Program-made: the position numbers and the translations under genes | Shown here: piece after piece, positions 54,938 through 64,000 of the stretch | Layout of the letters: each line of letters opens with the position of its first letter | Position numbering within the stretch: the first letter of the stretch is position 1 | Notes under the pieces: generated by a model | Told to the model about the DNA's origin: nothing | Seen by the model: only the letters and a program-made list of their open reading frames with translations | The model's database searches: none | Assembly (NCBI GenBank): GCA_964390745.1 | Contig: CAYMIK010000003.1 | Span: forward strand, 6,543-70,542 | DNA from: an uncultured Candidatus Saccharibacteria bacterium | Lineage (GTDB): Bacteria; Patescibacteriota; JAUYIX01; CAYMIK01 | Direction: 5' to 3' | DNA: 64,000 nt

Positions 54938-57900
54938 AAAATAAAAATCTTTTTGCACAACTCGCACTTGCTTTTGTCGCGGTGGCCGTAACCAGCGGCG
55001 TTGTATTTTTTGTAGCCAAGCATCAGGCCTTTTCTGCAACAGTCACGCGAGATGGTGCCGCTTCCATTAACACGCAACGATTTGCCTTTCCGGCACGGAG
55101 CGGAACATCAACATTTCAAGTTGTTTCATTGCCAGAAACGCAATATGTTGCTGGGAATGTTGCCAATGATCCGTCCGTTGATGACTCGCAGTTCGTTGGG
55201 AGCTCCATTTTTACCATGTGGGATGGCACAGCAACAACGAGTAACTACGTGAACTTTGCTCACATGGGTCAGAACAGCGAGACTTCGGATAATTTCTTGT
55301 TGCAATTCTTTAATCAGACTCAGTGTATTGCTAACCCCGATGGAAAATCTGTTCCGGGAAACTTGAAAGACAAAAAGTTCACAGCAACATTTGTGAAACC
55401 CAATCTACTTTCGTCCCTGGAGACGACAACAAAAGCGGTGGTTCGTGCCTATGACGACTTCACGGTAGAGTGGGGAAACGGCCAAGTGAAAGTCACCATG
55501 CAGCGATACTGGCGCAAAATAAATCTTCCCGATGGCACAACTTCTGGAGCATTGAAACCAAATGATTACAATATCCAAAAACCGGAAGACTCAGACGTAG
55601 TAAGCGCCAGTGCTCCGGTAATTATGGTGCTTCCGTACGATGGTGACTTTGCTCCGCTCTCAACTCGTGTTGGGCATGGCGATCCGTACGATACGGAAAA
55701 GTTTGCTCGTCCAGCGCAAGTGCTTGTTGATGGTCAGGAAAACTTTGATTTCAACTTCTTTGACATATCAACAAGTGCCGAAGGGGAAGGTACTAGCCCT
55801 GACGAAGTTTCGTGTCGCCTGAACACCAACACAACCATTGTTGAAAAAACCCAGCCCTGCGGCTGTTTGAATAATGCTGATCAAAAAACATGCGGTGATC
55901 CAGAGGTTCCATTTGTCGATTTGTGGCCACCCGTGCAATTTAGTCTTGCATCGGGAACACAGTGGCAAGTAGAAAACATCTCTGATTTGCGTGACGGTAT
56001 TTCAAGCTACGGCGAACAATTTATGGACGATGCTATTGTTCGACTTGAGCTGAATGGGTATGACCCCTCACCAGGATCGAAGTATGTTGCACAAACATTT
56101 ATTAGCAACTTCCGAACCAAACCAGAAAACGCCTACTTTAGTTGGTGCTTTAATGGAAAATCACAGCAAGGTCTTGTTGCCGGCGGTGAGTGGATTACGG
56201 AAACAAAATCTACCACCGCAACACTTGATGCTGACGCTTCTGGATGTTGTGACTTTGTCACGCGAACACCCGCAAAAGACGCCAACAAAGACGGCATCGA
56301 CGATGAATGGCAGTTGAAGTATGGGTACAAGCTCACCGGCAATAAAGATTACATGTTGCCGGCAAATTATGATGACGATGTTGCGGCAGCAGGGGATCCA
56401 GCGGGCGTGACGGGTGACGGCTTTGTTGCTGACCAGTTTTTGGATACCGCAGGTGCGCGTATTGCTGTAACGCCTGGAACCATAACCGCCAAAAAGAATA
56501 ATTTCCCCAACGGTCAGGAACTTCCTACTGGCGACGGGCACTTTACTGCTGCCGAAGAGTATATTTGGGGAACTGACCCCACGGAATACGACTCTGACTT
56601 TGATGGCTATCCAGACGAGGCAGACATTGTGGGTATTGGGCAACAAAAAGTTGAGTTTATTTCGCAGCTCCAGCCTCGCGACTTTCCAACGGACGACACG
56701 GCGGGCAATGATCGTTACAACCTCAAAGTAAAAACCCTTGGTCGCACGGGGCAAAAACGTCCTGATACCATTGATGTTGCCGATCAACAAACAGAAACAG
56801 GTCTTGATCTCCAGAATGTCGTCCGAATTGCAGAAGACACCAAAGATATCTTTGCGCGAGATCCAGGATCACTTACGGTTGGCTTGCAGGTAAAACCAGA
56901 AACGCCAGGTTTAAATGATTCGTTTGTTGTGTCTTCAAACCTATCTCAGGGCTCGCGACTTGGAGGAAATCCAAAGTACTCTTGGTTCTTTAAGCGTATC
57001 CCCGGAAACGGAAACAATCCAGCGCCTGGCCCAACGAATGGTAAAACTGCGGCATTCAGTGGTGAAGGCCTCAGCTCTATTGATCTTAAAACGTACAACA
57101 AGCACGTTTCGGATATTTGTCCGGAGTGTGCTCCAGGCGATGAACTTCAGATAACGGTACAGGTTGAAGATACCGTTCGCGGCAGTGTTACCAGCAATAC
57201 TACCTCGCTTAGCATTGGTCTGAATAATTCGCTGCAGGTCTTTCAGGATTGCAATAAAGATGGTGCCGACGAAGAAGTGGGGAGCGGTACCTACTGTTTC
57301 AAGTCAAGCGGTGTAACCAAAAATATTCCTGTTCGTGTTGCGGTGAACTTTTTGGACGCGGTTTCTGATGACTATATCTTCAAGTGGAAACTTGATAGTG
57401 TTTTGCAGACCTCGAATTGTTTGCTGAAGAATGAAACAAGTACCACAACCCCGCGCAAGTGTGGTCTTGGCACGAGCCAAATGGTGTTTACGCCAACGAA
57501 AGATAGAAAGAACTATTCTGTTGAGGTTCTGGTCTACAAGAATGATCGAAATATTCCCGAAGGTCAGCAAAATCTTGCACCCAGTGCTGCTGTGGCACAT
57601 TTCACGACGACCGTCGCCTCGGGAACTCCTGCGGTGACCATTATTTTCGAACCAGCACCTGGTGACAACGGGGGATATGCACCTGGTTCAGCGGTAACTG
57701 CCCGTGCCTATGTTGATTTCTTGGATCCCAAGCCTCTTGGCCAACTTGCTGTTGATCCCAAAGTTCCTGACTCTCAAGATGGTGCCCATGCTCTTCGATA
57801 CGTCTGGCGATCAGCCTCAGATGGTTCTATTTTGAAGGTTGATGAAATTTCGAGTATCGACGGTAGTACGCTTGCTATTCAATCGCCCAAGGCAGGAATT

Positions 57901-58173
57901 TTTGGAGTTTCAGTCGAAGTTGTTTCGCCGGACTACACTGCTCCCAACAATACGAAGGCATTGATTCCTCTCGCGTATACCAATCAGGCGTACTTTGGCG
58001 AGCTGCTTCCAGAAAGCTCTCTGATAGGGCTCGTTTCGGTACGACTTGCCGCTATCCTTGGATTCATTCCAGAACCGCTGGTGAAGATGATCCAAGTACT
58101 TGGCGTCGCTGCATTTGGTGTAATTCTCGTGCTTGGGTTTGCGTACATCCCACGAAAACTTCGCCAAAAATAG
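54934..58173 (+). CDS. Giant surface protein paralog 5 (1079 aa).
   Basis: ATGA overlap. Signal anchor. DANKDGIDDEWQLKY...AEEYIWGTDPTEYDSDFDGYPDEADIVGIGQ. C-terminal TM plus RKLRQK. Confidence 0.75.
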   Translation: MKNKNLFAQLALAFVAVAVTSGVVFFVAKHQAFSATVTRDGAASINTQRFAFPARSGTSTFQVVSLPETQYVAGNVANDPSVDDSQFVGSSIFTMWDGTATTSNYVNFAHMGQNSETSDNFLLQFFNQTQCIANPDGKSVPGNLKDKKFTATFVKPNLLSSLETTTKAVVRAYDDFTVEWGNGQVKVTMQRYWRKINLPDGTTSGALKPNDYNIQKPEDSDVVSASAPVIMVLPYDGDFAPLSTRVGHGDPYDTEKFARPAQVLVDGQENFDFNFFDISTSAEGEGTSPDEVSCRLNTNTTIVEKTQPCGCLNNADQKTCGDPEVPFVDLWPPVQFSLASGTQWQVENISDLRDGISSYGEQFMDDAIVRLELNGYDPSPGSKYVAQTFISNFRTKPENAYFSWCFNGKSQQGLVAGGEWITETKSTTATLDADASGCCDFVTRTPAKDANKDGIDDEWQLKYGYKLTGNKDYMLPANYDDDVAAAGDPAGVTGDGFVADQFLDTAGARIAVTPGTITAKKNNFPNGQELPTGDGHFTAAEEYIWGTDPTEYDSDFDGYPDEADIVGIGQQKVEFISQLQPRDFPTDDTAGNDRYNLKVKTLGRTGQKRPDTIDVADQQTETGLDLQNVVRIAEDTKDIFARDPGSLTVGLQVKPETPGLNDSFVVSSNLSQGSRLGGNPKYSWFFKRIPGNGNNPAPGPTNGKTAAFSGEGLSSIDLKTYNKHVSDICPECAPGDELQITVQVEDTVRGSVTSNTTSLSIGLNNSLQVFQDCNKDGADEEVGSGTYCFKSSGVTKNIPVRVAVNFLDAVSDDYIFKWKLDSVLQTSNCLLKNETSTTTPRKCGLGTSQMVFTPTKDRKNYSVEVLVYKNDRNIPEGQQNLAPSAAVAHFTTTVASGTPAVTIIFEPAPGDNGGYAPGSAVTARAYVDFLDPKPLGQLAVDPKVPDSQDGAHALRYVWRSASDGSILKVDEISSIDGSTLAIQSPKAGIFGVSVEVVSPDYTAPNNTKALIPLAYTNQAYFGELLPESSLIGLVSVRLAAILGFIPEPLVKMIQVLGVAAFGVILVLGFAYIPRKLRQK

Positions 58174-58227
58174 GGGATTGCGGTTTTTCGTCATTTCTTT
58201 TATAATATTAGTGCAATCTGAGGGAAA

Positions 58228-58857
58228 GTGAATATAAAAAGTAAAAAACAATTTATTGCTGCCTTTTTTACCGTAACGAGTCTTCTCGGAGTGGTTTTTT
58301 CTGCGAGTGCACCTTCTGCTTTGGCGGAAACAGCGGGTGCTTGTCCGGCTGACACCGTTTCGTTTGTTTTAGGTGGAGGAGTCTCAAAAGGCGCGGATGG
58401 AACTGCAACCGTTGCGCCTTCCGTTATATGCTGTTGTGATGCGAACAAATTTCGTGGCGTAACTATCACACACGGTTCCACGCCAAAATGTCCAACCCAA
58501 AACAATGCCTGTAAGCCACTGAATATTGGTGTTGTTTCCAGATCGGATTTTCTTGCGGCTCCAGATGACAACAACCAAGATCTTACCGTTGACACCAACT
58601 CGCCACTGTACCCGCTAAAAGACCTCGCAAAGTATGTAGGGAACTGGTACACGGCACTCTTTTACCTTGCTGTCGTTCTGGCAATCATCCAGATCTTCCG
58701 TGGCGGCATTGAGTACTCCATTGCTGCTGGTAACTCTTCCAAGACCGAAGAGGCGAAGGGCTATATTGTTGAAGCCGTCGTTGGTTTGGGCGTAGCTTTG
58801 CTTGCTGCAGGAATTCTCGTGTTGCTTCGTGGCCCAAACATTTTTTCTTTTTCATAA
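58228..58857 (+). CDS. Small secreted Cys-containing protein ending in two TM helices (VirB2/TrbC pilin-like topology).
   Basis: GTG start with GAGGGAAA RBS and a TATAAT box upstream. Signal peptide. C-terminal helices ALFYLAVVLAIIQIF and IVEAVVGLGVALLAAGILVLL. Confidence 0.5.
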   Translation: MNIKSKKQFIAAFFTVTSLLGVVFSASAPSALAETAGACPADTVSFVLGGGVSKGADGTATVAPSVICCCDANKFRGVTITHGSTPKCPTQNNACKPLNIGVVSRSDFLAAPDDNNQDLTVDTNSPLYPLKDLAKYVGNWYTALFYLAVVLAIIQIFRGGIEYSIAAGNSSKTEEAKGYIVEAVVGLGVALLAAGILVLLRGPNIFSFS

Positions 58858-58863
58858 GAGTCT

Positions 58864-60102
58864 ATGCGACGAAGAAATCTTTTTATCGCTATTGGTGTAC
58901 TGGTCGCTGTTGCTATTGCAGCACTTATTTTTGTTTTTGTTCGAAGCCGCAACTCTACGGTGGGCGAGCCTATCAACAATGCTTCCAATACCTCATCAAA
59001 TGCGCAACTTTCGAATAACTCTGACAACACGAACTCCAATGGTACCAACAATACTACCAACGGTAATGGCGGTACAACGGACAAAGGGCCGATTGTAAAA
59101 AAGATTATCTCGAGCAAGGTGTTGTCACCAACCTTGAATGGTGGAAGCAATGCCTTGATTTTCTTTAACGTTGCTTCGAACCAGTTTTATAGCGCAGCCA
59201 TAGATGGAAGCAACCCGCAGGCTCTGACGCAAACAAAATTTGTGAATGTTTCTGATGTGAAAATTTCTCCAGCAAGGACCACTGCTATTCTTTCGTTCCC
59301 AAACCCGAACGGGAAGGTCCCCATAAAGTACTACTATGACCTTACGAAAGATTTGGCTGTAAAACTCAATGAAAACCTTGATACGTTTACATTTTCGCCT
59401 GATGGTGCAAAGCTTTTTTACAAGTACACTGACGTTTTGAAAAATGTAAATACATTTAATCTTTCGAATGCAAATGGAACGGACTGGAAAGCGATTAAGA
59501 ACTTTTCCATATCAAATGTTTTGCTCGATTGGATTCCTGGACAAGCCGGAAAGTTGGCCTTTCACTTAACTCCAAGTTCGTTCCGACAAAGCGCCTACTA
59601 TGTTTTTGATCAAAATGGTGAGAATGTCGTTTCTGTTTTGGATAAGGGGTACGGTGTAGATGGCTTGTGGTCAAACAATGGTCAACGTCTTCTTGCAACC
59701 TTTGCGTTGCAGCGAACAACCAATCTGGGCCTTGTTGCCGTAAACTTGGATGGATCGGGAAATATTAGCATTCCAAACTCGCGGACCTTCATTCAAAAGT
59801 GCGTCTGGATGAAAGATAATATTTCGGTCATTTGTGCTGTTCCTAAAACCCTTGACCCGAGGTACTTCCTGCCTGATGACTACAACAACGGAAATTTTTC
59901 AACCGATGATGACTTTTTCCGATTCAACACCAAAACAGGGGAGCACATTCAGTTGAAGCTCCAAGCGGCGAATGATAAAACTGATATTCCAAAGATTGAT
60001 GCTTCGAACCTGTTCTTGAGTAGTGACGAATTGACGTTGTATTTTGTGAATAAGGCTGATGGACAGACGTTGTATCGCGTGAGACTCGACGAGGCGTTCT
60101 AG
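58864..60102 (+). CDS. Membrane-anchored protein with an Asn/Thr-rich linker and a predicted beta-propeller (TolB/PD40-like) domain.
   Basis: N-terminal TM. Low-complexity N/T-rich stretch. Repeated beta-strand-rich segments (FSPDGAKLFYKYTD...). Confidence 0.45.
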   Translation: MRRRNLFIAIGVLVAVAIAALIFVFVRSRNSTVGEPINNASNTSSNAQLSNNSDNTNSNGTNNTTNGNGGTTDKGPIVKKIISSKVLSPTLNGGSNALIFFNVASNQFYSAAIDGSNPQALTQTKFVNVSDVKISPARTTAILSFPNPNGKVPIKYYYDLTKDLAVKLNENLDTFTFSPDGAKLFYKYTDVLKNVNTFNLSNANGTDWKAIKNFSISNVLLDWIPGQAGKLAFHLTPSSFRQSAYYVFDQNGENVVSVLDKGYGVDGLWSNNGQRLLATFALQRTTNLGLVAVNLDGSGNISIPNSRTFIQKCVWMKDNISVICAVPKTLDPRYFLPDDYNNGNFSTDDDFFRFNTKTGEHIQLKLQAANDKTDIPKIDASNLFLSSDELTLYFVNKADGQTLYRVRLDEAF

Positions 60103-60197
60103 GCTCGTTGGTATAACAAAAGCTTAATCTTTGTGTTCTAGATTTGAGGAGCTTCGAGAATCGAGGATTTTTTGGTAGTATAAAGGAAAGGAGAATT

Positions 60198-61535
60198 ATG
60201 GCTCAAACTATTTACGAATGCTCAAATTGCGGCGCTCAGTATCCAAAGTGGCAGGGTCGCTGCACGGAGTGCGGCAAATGGAACACTATTGATCAAGAAT
60301 CACACGAAGAGAGTGTTTCTATTGCAAAGGCTGAGGTGCTCAAGCCCTCAAAGCTTTCTGAGGTAACCGAAAAGTCAGCTTCGCGTACAGCGACTGGTAT
60401 GAAAGAGGTAGATGCAGTGCTTGGAGGTGGATTGGTTTCTGGTTCGCTTATTTTGCTTGGTGGAGACCCGGGAATTGGAAAGTCTACTTTGTCGCTACAG
60501 ATTGCCGGTTCGCTTGCAAAAAAACAGTCTGTTTTGTACGTTTCAGCAGAAGAATCTGAAGCGCAAATCAAGCTTCGTGCAGATAGGATGGATTTGGGCA
60601 AATCTCAGCTCAGCCTTTTGCATGCTTCGAATCTCGACAGTATTTTGGCAACCGTTCAAAAAGATAAACCTACGATAGTGATTCTTGATTCGGTGCAAAC
60701 GGTGGCTTCTTCTGCGCTGCCTTCAGTTGCTGGTTCTGCGCCACAGGTTCGTTTTGTGGCGGAACAATTTTTGCGCGTTGTGAAGCCGCTGGGAATTACC
60801 GCTATTCTGATTGGGCACGTGACAAAGGAAGGCGTAGTGGCCGGTCCAAAAACACTCGAGCATTTGGTGGATGTTGTTCTGTACCTTGAAGGAGATCGGT
60901 ACGGAAGTTTTCGTCTTCTTCGTGGCGTAAAAAATCGCTTTGGTGGAACCGGAGAGGTTGGCGTCTTTGAAATGTTGCGACAAGGTTTGGTAGAAGTTCA
61001 GGACCCTTCGAAAATATTCTTGGAAGAACGTAGGGCCAAGGATCCCGGAACGGCGGTCTTTGTAACGCTCGAAGGGAAGCGGGCTTTCTTGGGTCTCGTT
61101 CAGGCGCTGGTGACACAAACGAACTTTGGATACCCCAAGCGTGCGGCTTCGGGATTTGATTTAAACCGGTTACAACTTTTGGTTGCGGTGCTTACCAAGC
61201 GCGCGGGCTTGAACTTAGATGACCAGGATATTTACATCAAAACTGCTTCTGGTTTAAAAATTGATGACCCGGCGTTAGATCTACCTGTTTGCTTGGCGAT
61301 TGCTTCTTCGTTTTTGAATAAGCCTATTGACCCAGCAATGGTGGCATTTGGTGAAGTGGGTTTGGCTGGAGAAATACGAAGTGCACAACACACACGAGAA
61401 CGTCTCAAGGAAATTTCGAAGCTTGGTTTTAAGCATGCTATGCTCGCCAAAAAAGCGGAACTTGATAAGGTTTCAAGCTTGTCGCTTGTTCAGGTTGATA
61501 ATTTGACCGATGCTACAAAACACGGTTTGTTGTAG
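60198..61535 (+). CDS. radA: DNA repair protein RadA/Sms.
   Basis: N-terminal C4 zinc ribbon (CSNCGAQYPKWQGRCTECGKW), RecA-like Walker A GGDPGIGKST, KNRFG motif, Lon-like C-terminus. AAAGGAGAA RBS before the ATG at 60198. Confidence 0.9.
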   Translation: MAQTIYECSNCGAQYPKWQGRCTECGKWNTIDQESHEESVSIAKAEVLKPSKLSEVTEKSASRTATGMKEVDAVLGGGLVSGSLILLGGDPGIGKSTLSLQIAGSLAKKQSVLYVSAEESEAQIKLRADRMDLGKSQLSLLHASNLDSILATVQKDKPTIVILDSVQTVASSALPSVAGSAPQVRFVAEQFLRVVKPLGITAILIGHVTKEGVVAGPKTLEHLVDVVLYLEGDRYGSFRLLRGVKNRFGGTGEVGVFEMLRQGLVEVQDPSKIFLEERRAKDPGTAVFVTLEGKRAFLGLVQALVTQTNFGYPKRAASGFDLNRLQLLVAVLTKRAGLNLDDQDIYIKTASGLKIDDPALDLPVCLAIASSFLNKPIDPAMVAFGEVGLAGEIRSAQHTRERLKEISKLGFKHAMLAKKAELDKVSSLSLVQVDNLTDATKHGLL

Positions 61536-61561
61536 CTGCTGCTTCGCCTGACTTCGAACCT

Positions 61562-62155
61562 TTGAGAAGGAGTCAAAAATATCGAACCATGATTCTACCA
61601 AAGTCTTTTTATGCCCGTTCACCTTTGCGGGTCGCACCTGATCTTCTTGGAAAAGAGATTGTGCGGCAAACTTCGTTTGGGCGCGTTGGTGGAATTATTA
61701 CCGAAGTTGAGGCCTATCGGGGACACCTTGATCCTGCCTCACACGCATTTCGCGGGGCGACTCCCAGAAATGAGGTCATGTTTGGCGATGGTGGTGTTGC
61801 CTACGTATACTTCATCTACGGAATGTATTTTTGTCTCAATGTGGTAACTGGAACAGCGGGAACGGCCTCTGCGGTACTTATTCGTGCTCTTGTGCCCGCT
61901 ACCGGAAAAAAGCTGCTTTTTGAGCGAATTCCGGCCGAAAAAGTAGCGTCATGTATGTCGGGACCAGGAAAACTCTGCAATGTTCTCGAAGTTGACCGAA
62001 GGTTAAACGGCAAAAGTTTTCGTGGACCAGAAATCACTCTGTATGATCGTAGGATTCGCGTGCCAAAAAAAGAAATTTTCAAAACACCACGCATTGGTAT
62101 TAAGGTGGGCACAGACAAGCTGTGGCGATTTGTGTGGGAGAGGGATGCGGAGTAG
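61562..62155 (+). CDS. mpg: DNA-3-methyladenine glycosylase (Mpg/AAG family).
   Basis: Family-typical LLGKEIVRQ...GGIITEVEAYRG...DPASHAFRG...GVAYVYFIYGMYFCLNVV. Alternative start at 61589. Confidence 0.8.
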   Translation: MRRSQKYRTMILPKSFYARSPLRVAPDLLGKEIVRQTSFGRVGGIITEVEAYRGHLDPASHAFRGATPRNEVMFGDGGVAYVYFIYGMYFCLNVVTGTAGTASAVLIRALVPATGKKLLFERIPAEKVASCMSGPGKLCNVLEVDRRLNGKSFRGPEITLYDRRIRVPKKEIFKTPRIGIKVGTDKLWRFVWERDAE

Positions 62156-62158
62156 TGA

Positions 62159-62344
62159 GGGCCGCTGGTCTTACCTCGGAACCGTTTCGGCATAACACTT
62201 CAAAAAGTCACACGACTACCGCAAGCGGGAGTGTGACTTTTTGAAGGTCCTGCACTACGCCCGCTCGTTGCTTTCTAGATCACGAGAGTTATTCGGCGTC
62301 ATCAAGAGCTCCTGCGCGAGTTTCCTTGGAAAGACCAGCGGCCC
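62159..62344. repeat. Nested perfect inverted repeats filling the mpg/recG convergent gap: outer 14 bp GGGCCGCTGGTCTT/AAGACCAGCGGCCC and inner 16 bp CTTCAAAAAGTCACAC/GTGTGACTTTTTGAAG.
   Basis: Both inverted repeats are perfect. The outer arms abut the two stop codons. The inner 17-nt loop contains the CCGCAAGCGG mini-hairpin. Confidence 0.65.
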
Positions 62345-62347
62345 TGA

Positions 62348-64000
62348 CTACTCCAAGTGCACTTTTGTTTCGAAAATTTCGAGCTGTTTTTTGATTTCCG
62401 GAGAATTCTTCAAGCGCAGGTCAGTCTTCAAAAGTTTCGCTGCATGTTCTTTGGCAATATTCACCAAGGCACGATCTTCAAGTGAGGCAATCTTGAGCTG
62501 TTCTAGGTAGCCAGATTGCAGCGTTCCATACACCTGGCCTGGGCCGCGGAATTTGAGGTCGGCTTCGGCCAAGGCAAAGCCATCGTCAAGTTTTTCAAGC
62601 GTTCGTAAGCGTTCCAGAGAATTTTCCGCAGAAGAGCCAGAAAACAACAAACAATATGATTTATCTGATCCGCGTCCAACGCGGCCACGAAGCTGATGAA
62701 GCTGTGCGAGACCAAATCGTTCAGCGTTCTCGATCATCATGACGGTGGCATTTGGCACATCAACGCCTACTTCAATCACGGATGTAGACAATAGCATGTC
62801 CATTTTTCCTTCACGAAAGGTTGTCATGGCCTCATCTTTTTCTTCCTTCTTCATTCTGCCGTGGACAAAACCAACACGAAACTCGGGGAAAATAACTTCT
62901 TGCAGCTTTTTGTGTTCAGCAAGAAGCGCTTTGGCTTGCAACTTTGCACTTGGCTCAATAAGCGGAAAGATAACGTAGGCTTGGTGGCCTTGCAAGAGCT
63001 CTTTCTTTATGAATCCATAGGCATCTTCACGTTTCGCGGGAGGAACGAGAAACGTTCCGATCTTTTTGCGGCCCTTTGGCTTGCTTCGAATCAAGGAAAT
63101 TTCAAGTTCACCAATAAGAACGAGCGCTAGACTTCTGGGGATGGGCGTAGCTGTCATGGATAAAAAGTGGGGAGTGTACCCTGAGTATTTCTTTTGCAAG
63201 AACGATCGTTGCATGACGCCAAAGCGCTGCTGTTCATCGATAACGATTAAACCAAGGTCGCGAAACGCAATCTTTTTTTCAAAGACTGCGTGTGTGCCAA
63301 TGACCAAATCAGATTTCTTTGTGGCGTCTGCCAAGGCCGCCGTAACCTTTTTTGATTTTCCGCCCCATGTTAAACGAGTCTTTGAGGTAACAAGCGTAAC
63401 CTTTACGTCAAAGCTACCAAAAACTTTCTTTGCGGTTTCAAAGTGTTGTTTTGCTAAGATCTCGGTAGGCGCAACCATGGCTGCTTGCAAGCCGGCTTCG
63501 ATGGCGGAGTGTGCTGCAATCATGGCACATACGGTTTTTCCGCTTCCTACGTCACCCTCAAGTAATCGGTTCATGGGGTGTTTTCGTTCCATGTCTTTCA
63601 GGATCTCGAATGTTGCCCGTTTTTGATCTACGGTTAAAGCGAAAGGGAGGGCAGAAACGATCTTCTGTGTTGCTGTGGCAACAAACGGAATATTTCTTGA
63701 GCGCAATCGCTGAAACTTTTTTTGAATTTGTTGTGAGTGAAGTTGGAGCAAAAAGAGTTCATCAAAAGCCAACCGCTTCTTTGCGGTGCTTACATCCGGA
63801 AGCGAGGAAGGGGAGTGAATGAGGCGCAGGGCTTCAGATAAGGAAGCCAAGCCTTCTTTCTTGAGAATTTCTTTTGGCATTGGGTCAGTAATTTCAGAAA
63901 CCATCTGGAGTGCTTCGTGAATCCAGAATCGCATTTGCTTGTGGGTGATGCCTTCAGTAAGGGCGTATTCGGCAATGAGGCGTGCGGTATGCACGGCTTC
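62348..64000 (-). CDS. recG: ATP-dependent DNA helicase RecG (5' end continues beyond the window).
   Basis: Helicase motif I GDVGSGKT, DEQQRFG (motif II), TATPIPRS, and C-terminal domain. The reading frame is open to the window edge. Confidence 0.9.
   Translation of the reverse strand, partial: EAVHTARLIAEYALTEGITHKQMRFWIHEALQMVSEITDPMPKEILKKEGLASLSEALRLIHSPSSLPDVSTAKKRLAFDELFLLQLHSQQIQKKFQRLRSRNIPFVATATQKIVSALPFALTVDQKRATFEILKDMERKHPMNRLLEGDVGSGKTVCAMIAAHSAIEAGLQAAMVAPTEILAKQHFETAKKVFGSFDVKVTLVTSKTRLTWGGKSKKVTAALADATKKSDLVIGTHAVFEKKIAFRDLGLIVIDEQQRFGVMQRSFLQKKYSGYTPHFLSMTATPIPRSLALVLIGELEISLIRSKPKGRKKIGTFLVPPAKREDAYGFIKKELLQGHQAYVIFPLIEPSAKLQAKALLAEHKKLQEVIFPEFRVGFVHGRMKKEEKDEAMTTFREGKMDMLLSTSVIEVGVDVPNATVMMIENAERFGLAQLHQLRGRVGRGSDKSYCLLFSGSSAENSLERLRTLEKLDDGFALAEADLKFRGPGQVYGTLQSGYLEQLKIASLEDRALVNIAKEHAAKLLKTDLRLKNSPEIKKQLEIFETKVHLE

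Overview
This 64 kb window looks like a small, reduced bacterial genome of the CPR/Patescibacteria type, resembling Saccharibacteria. Overall GC is moderate, with a few sharply GC-rich islands. Gene density is high and translationally coupled genes are frequent. All functional assignments rest on recognised sequence motifs, not on database searches.

Housekeeping content:
- rpsO, an NYN-domain gene and pnp lie together, followed by two large membrane-anchored hypotheticals and a DnaQ-exonuclease/DinG-like fusion.
- A DksA-like gene, lspA, a DedA gene, comM/yifB, a LigT-like 2H phosphoesterase and a UvrD/PcrA helicase follow.
- A G5/DPBB cell-wall protein, a divergent UbiA-prenyltransferase/polyprenyl-synthase pair and rsmA precede the accessory locus.
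- radA, mpg and a 5'-truncated recG lie at the far right.
- I found four tRNAs: His-GTG, a Thr-like tRNA with an aberrant anticodon loop, Arg-TCG and Arg-TCT.

The most striking part is a ~26 kb accessory locus (about 33.6-60.1 kb):
- A type IV secretion-like cluster with a VirB4 ATPase, a VirB6/TrbL-like polytopic protein, a VirB3-like protein and secreted/lipoprotein components.
- Immediately downstream, five tandem, translationally coupled paralogous giant surface proteins (770-1299 aa; stop/start overlaps TAATG or ATGA). Each has an N-terminal signal/TM anchor, PKD/Ig-like repeats (Y-x-W-x-V-N-G), a conserved thrombospondin-type-3-like calcium-binding block (D-x-D-x-D-G-x-x-D-x-W-E-x-R-Y ... 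E-E-Y-x-W-G-T-N-P-x-D-P-D-T-D-D-D-G-x-P-D-E-x-D) and a C-terminal TM anchor.
- A pilin-like small protein and a beta-propeller protein close the locus.

Other notable features:
- The left edge carries a large serine recombinase whose 3' end overlaps tRNA-His, next to a partial zinc-ribbon ORF running off the window. This looks like a mobile-element boundary.
- A cloverleaf-shaped tRNA-like RNA without an anticodon loop sits upstream of the Thr-like tRNA.
- A ~370 bp GC-rich structured island has a GGGGCCCC-U7 terminator-like end on the minus strand.
- A hairpin element repeated on both sides of pnp shows compensatory base changes.
- A Xer-like tyrosine recombinase next to tRNA-Arg(TCT) adjoins a GC-rich islet.
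- A promoter-driven structured leader or sRNA candidate precedes the dksA-like gene.
- Nested perfect inverted repeats fill the mpg/recG convergent gap.
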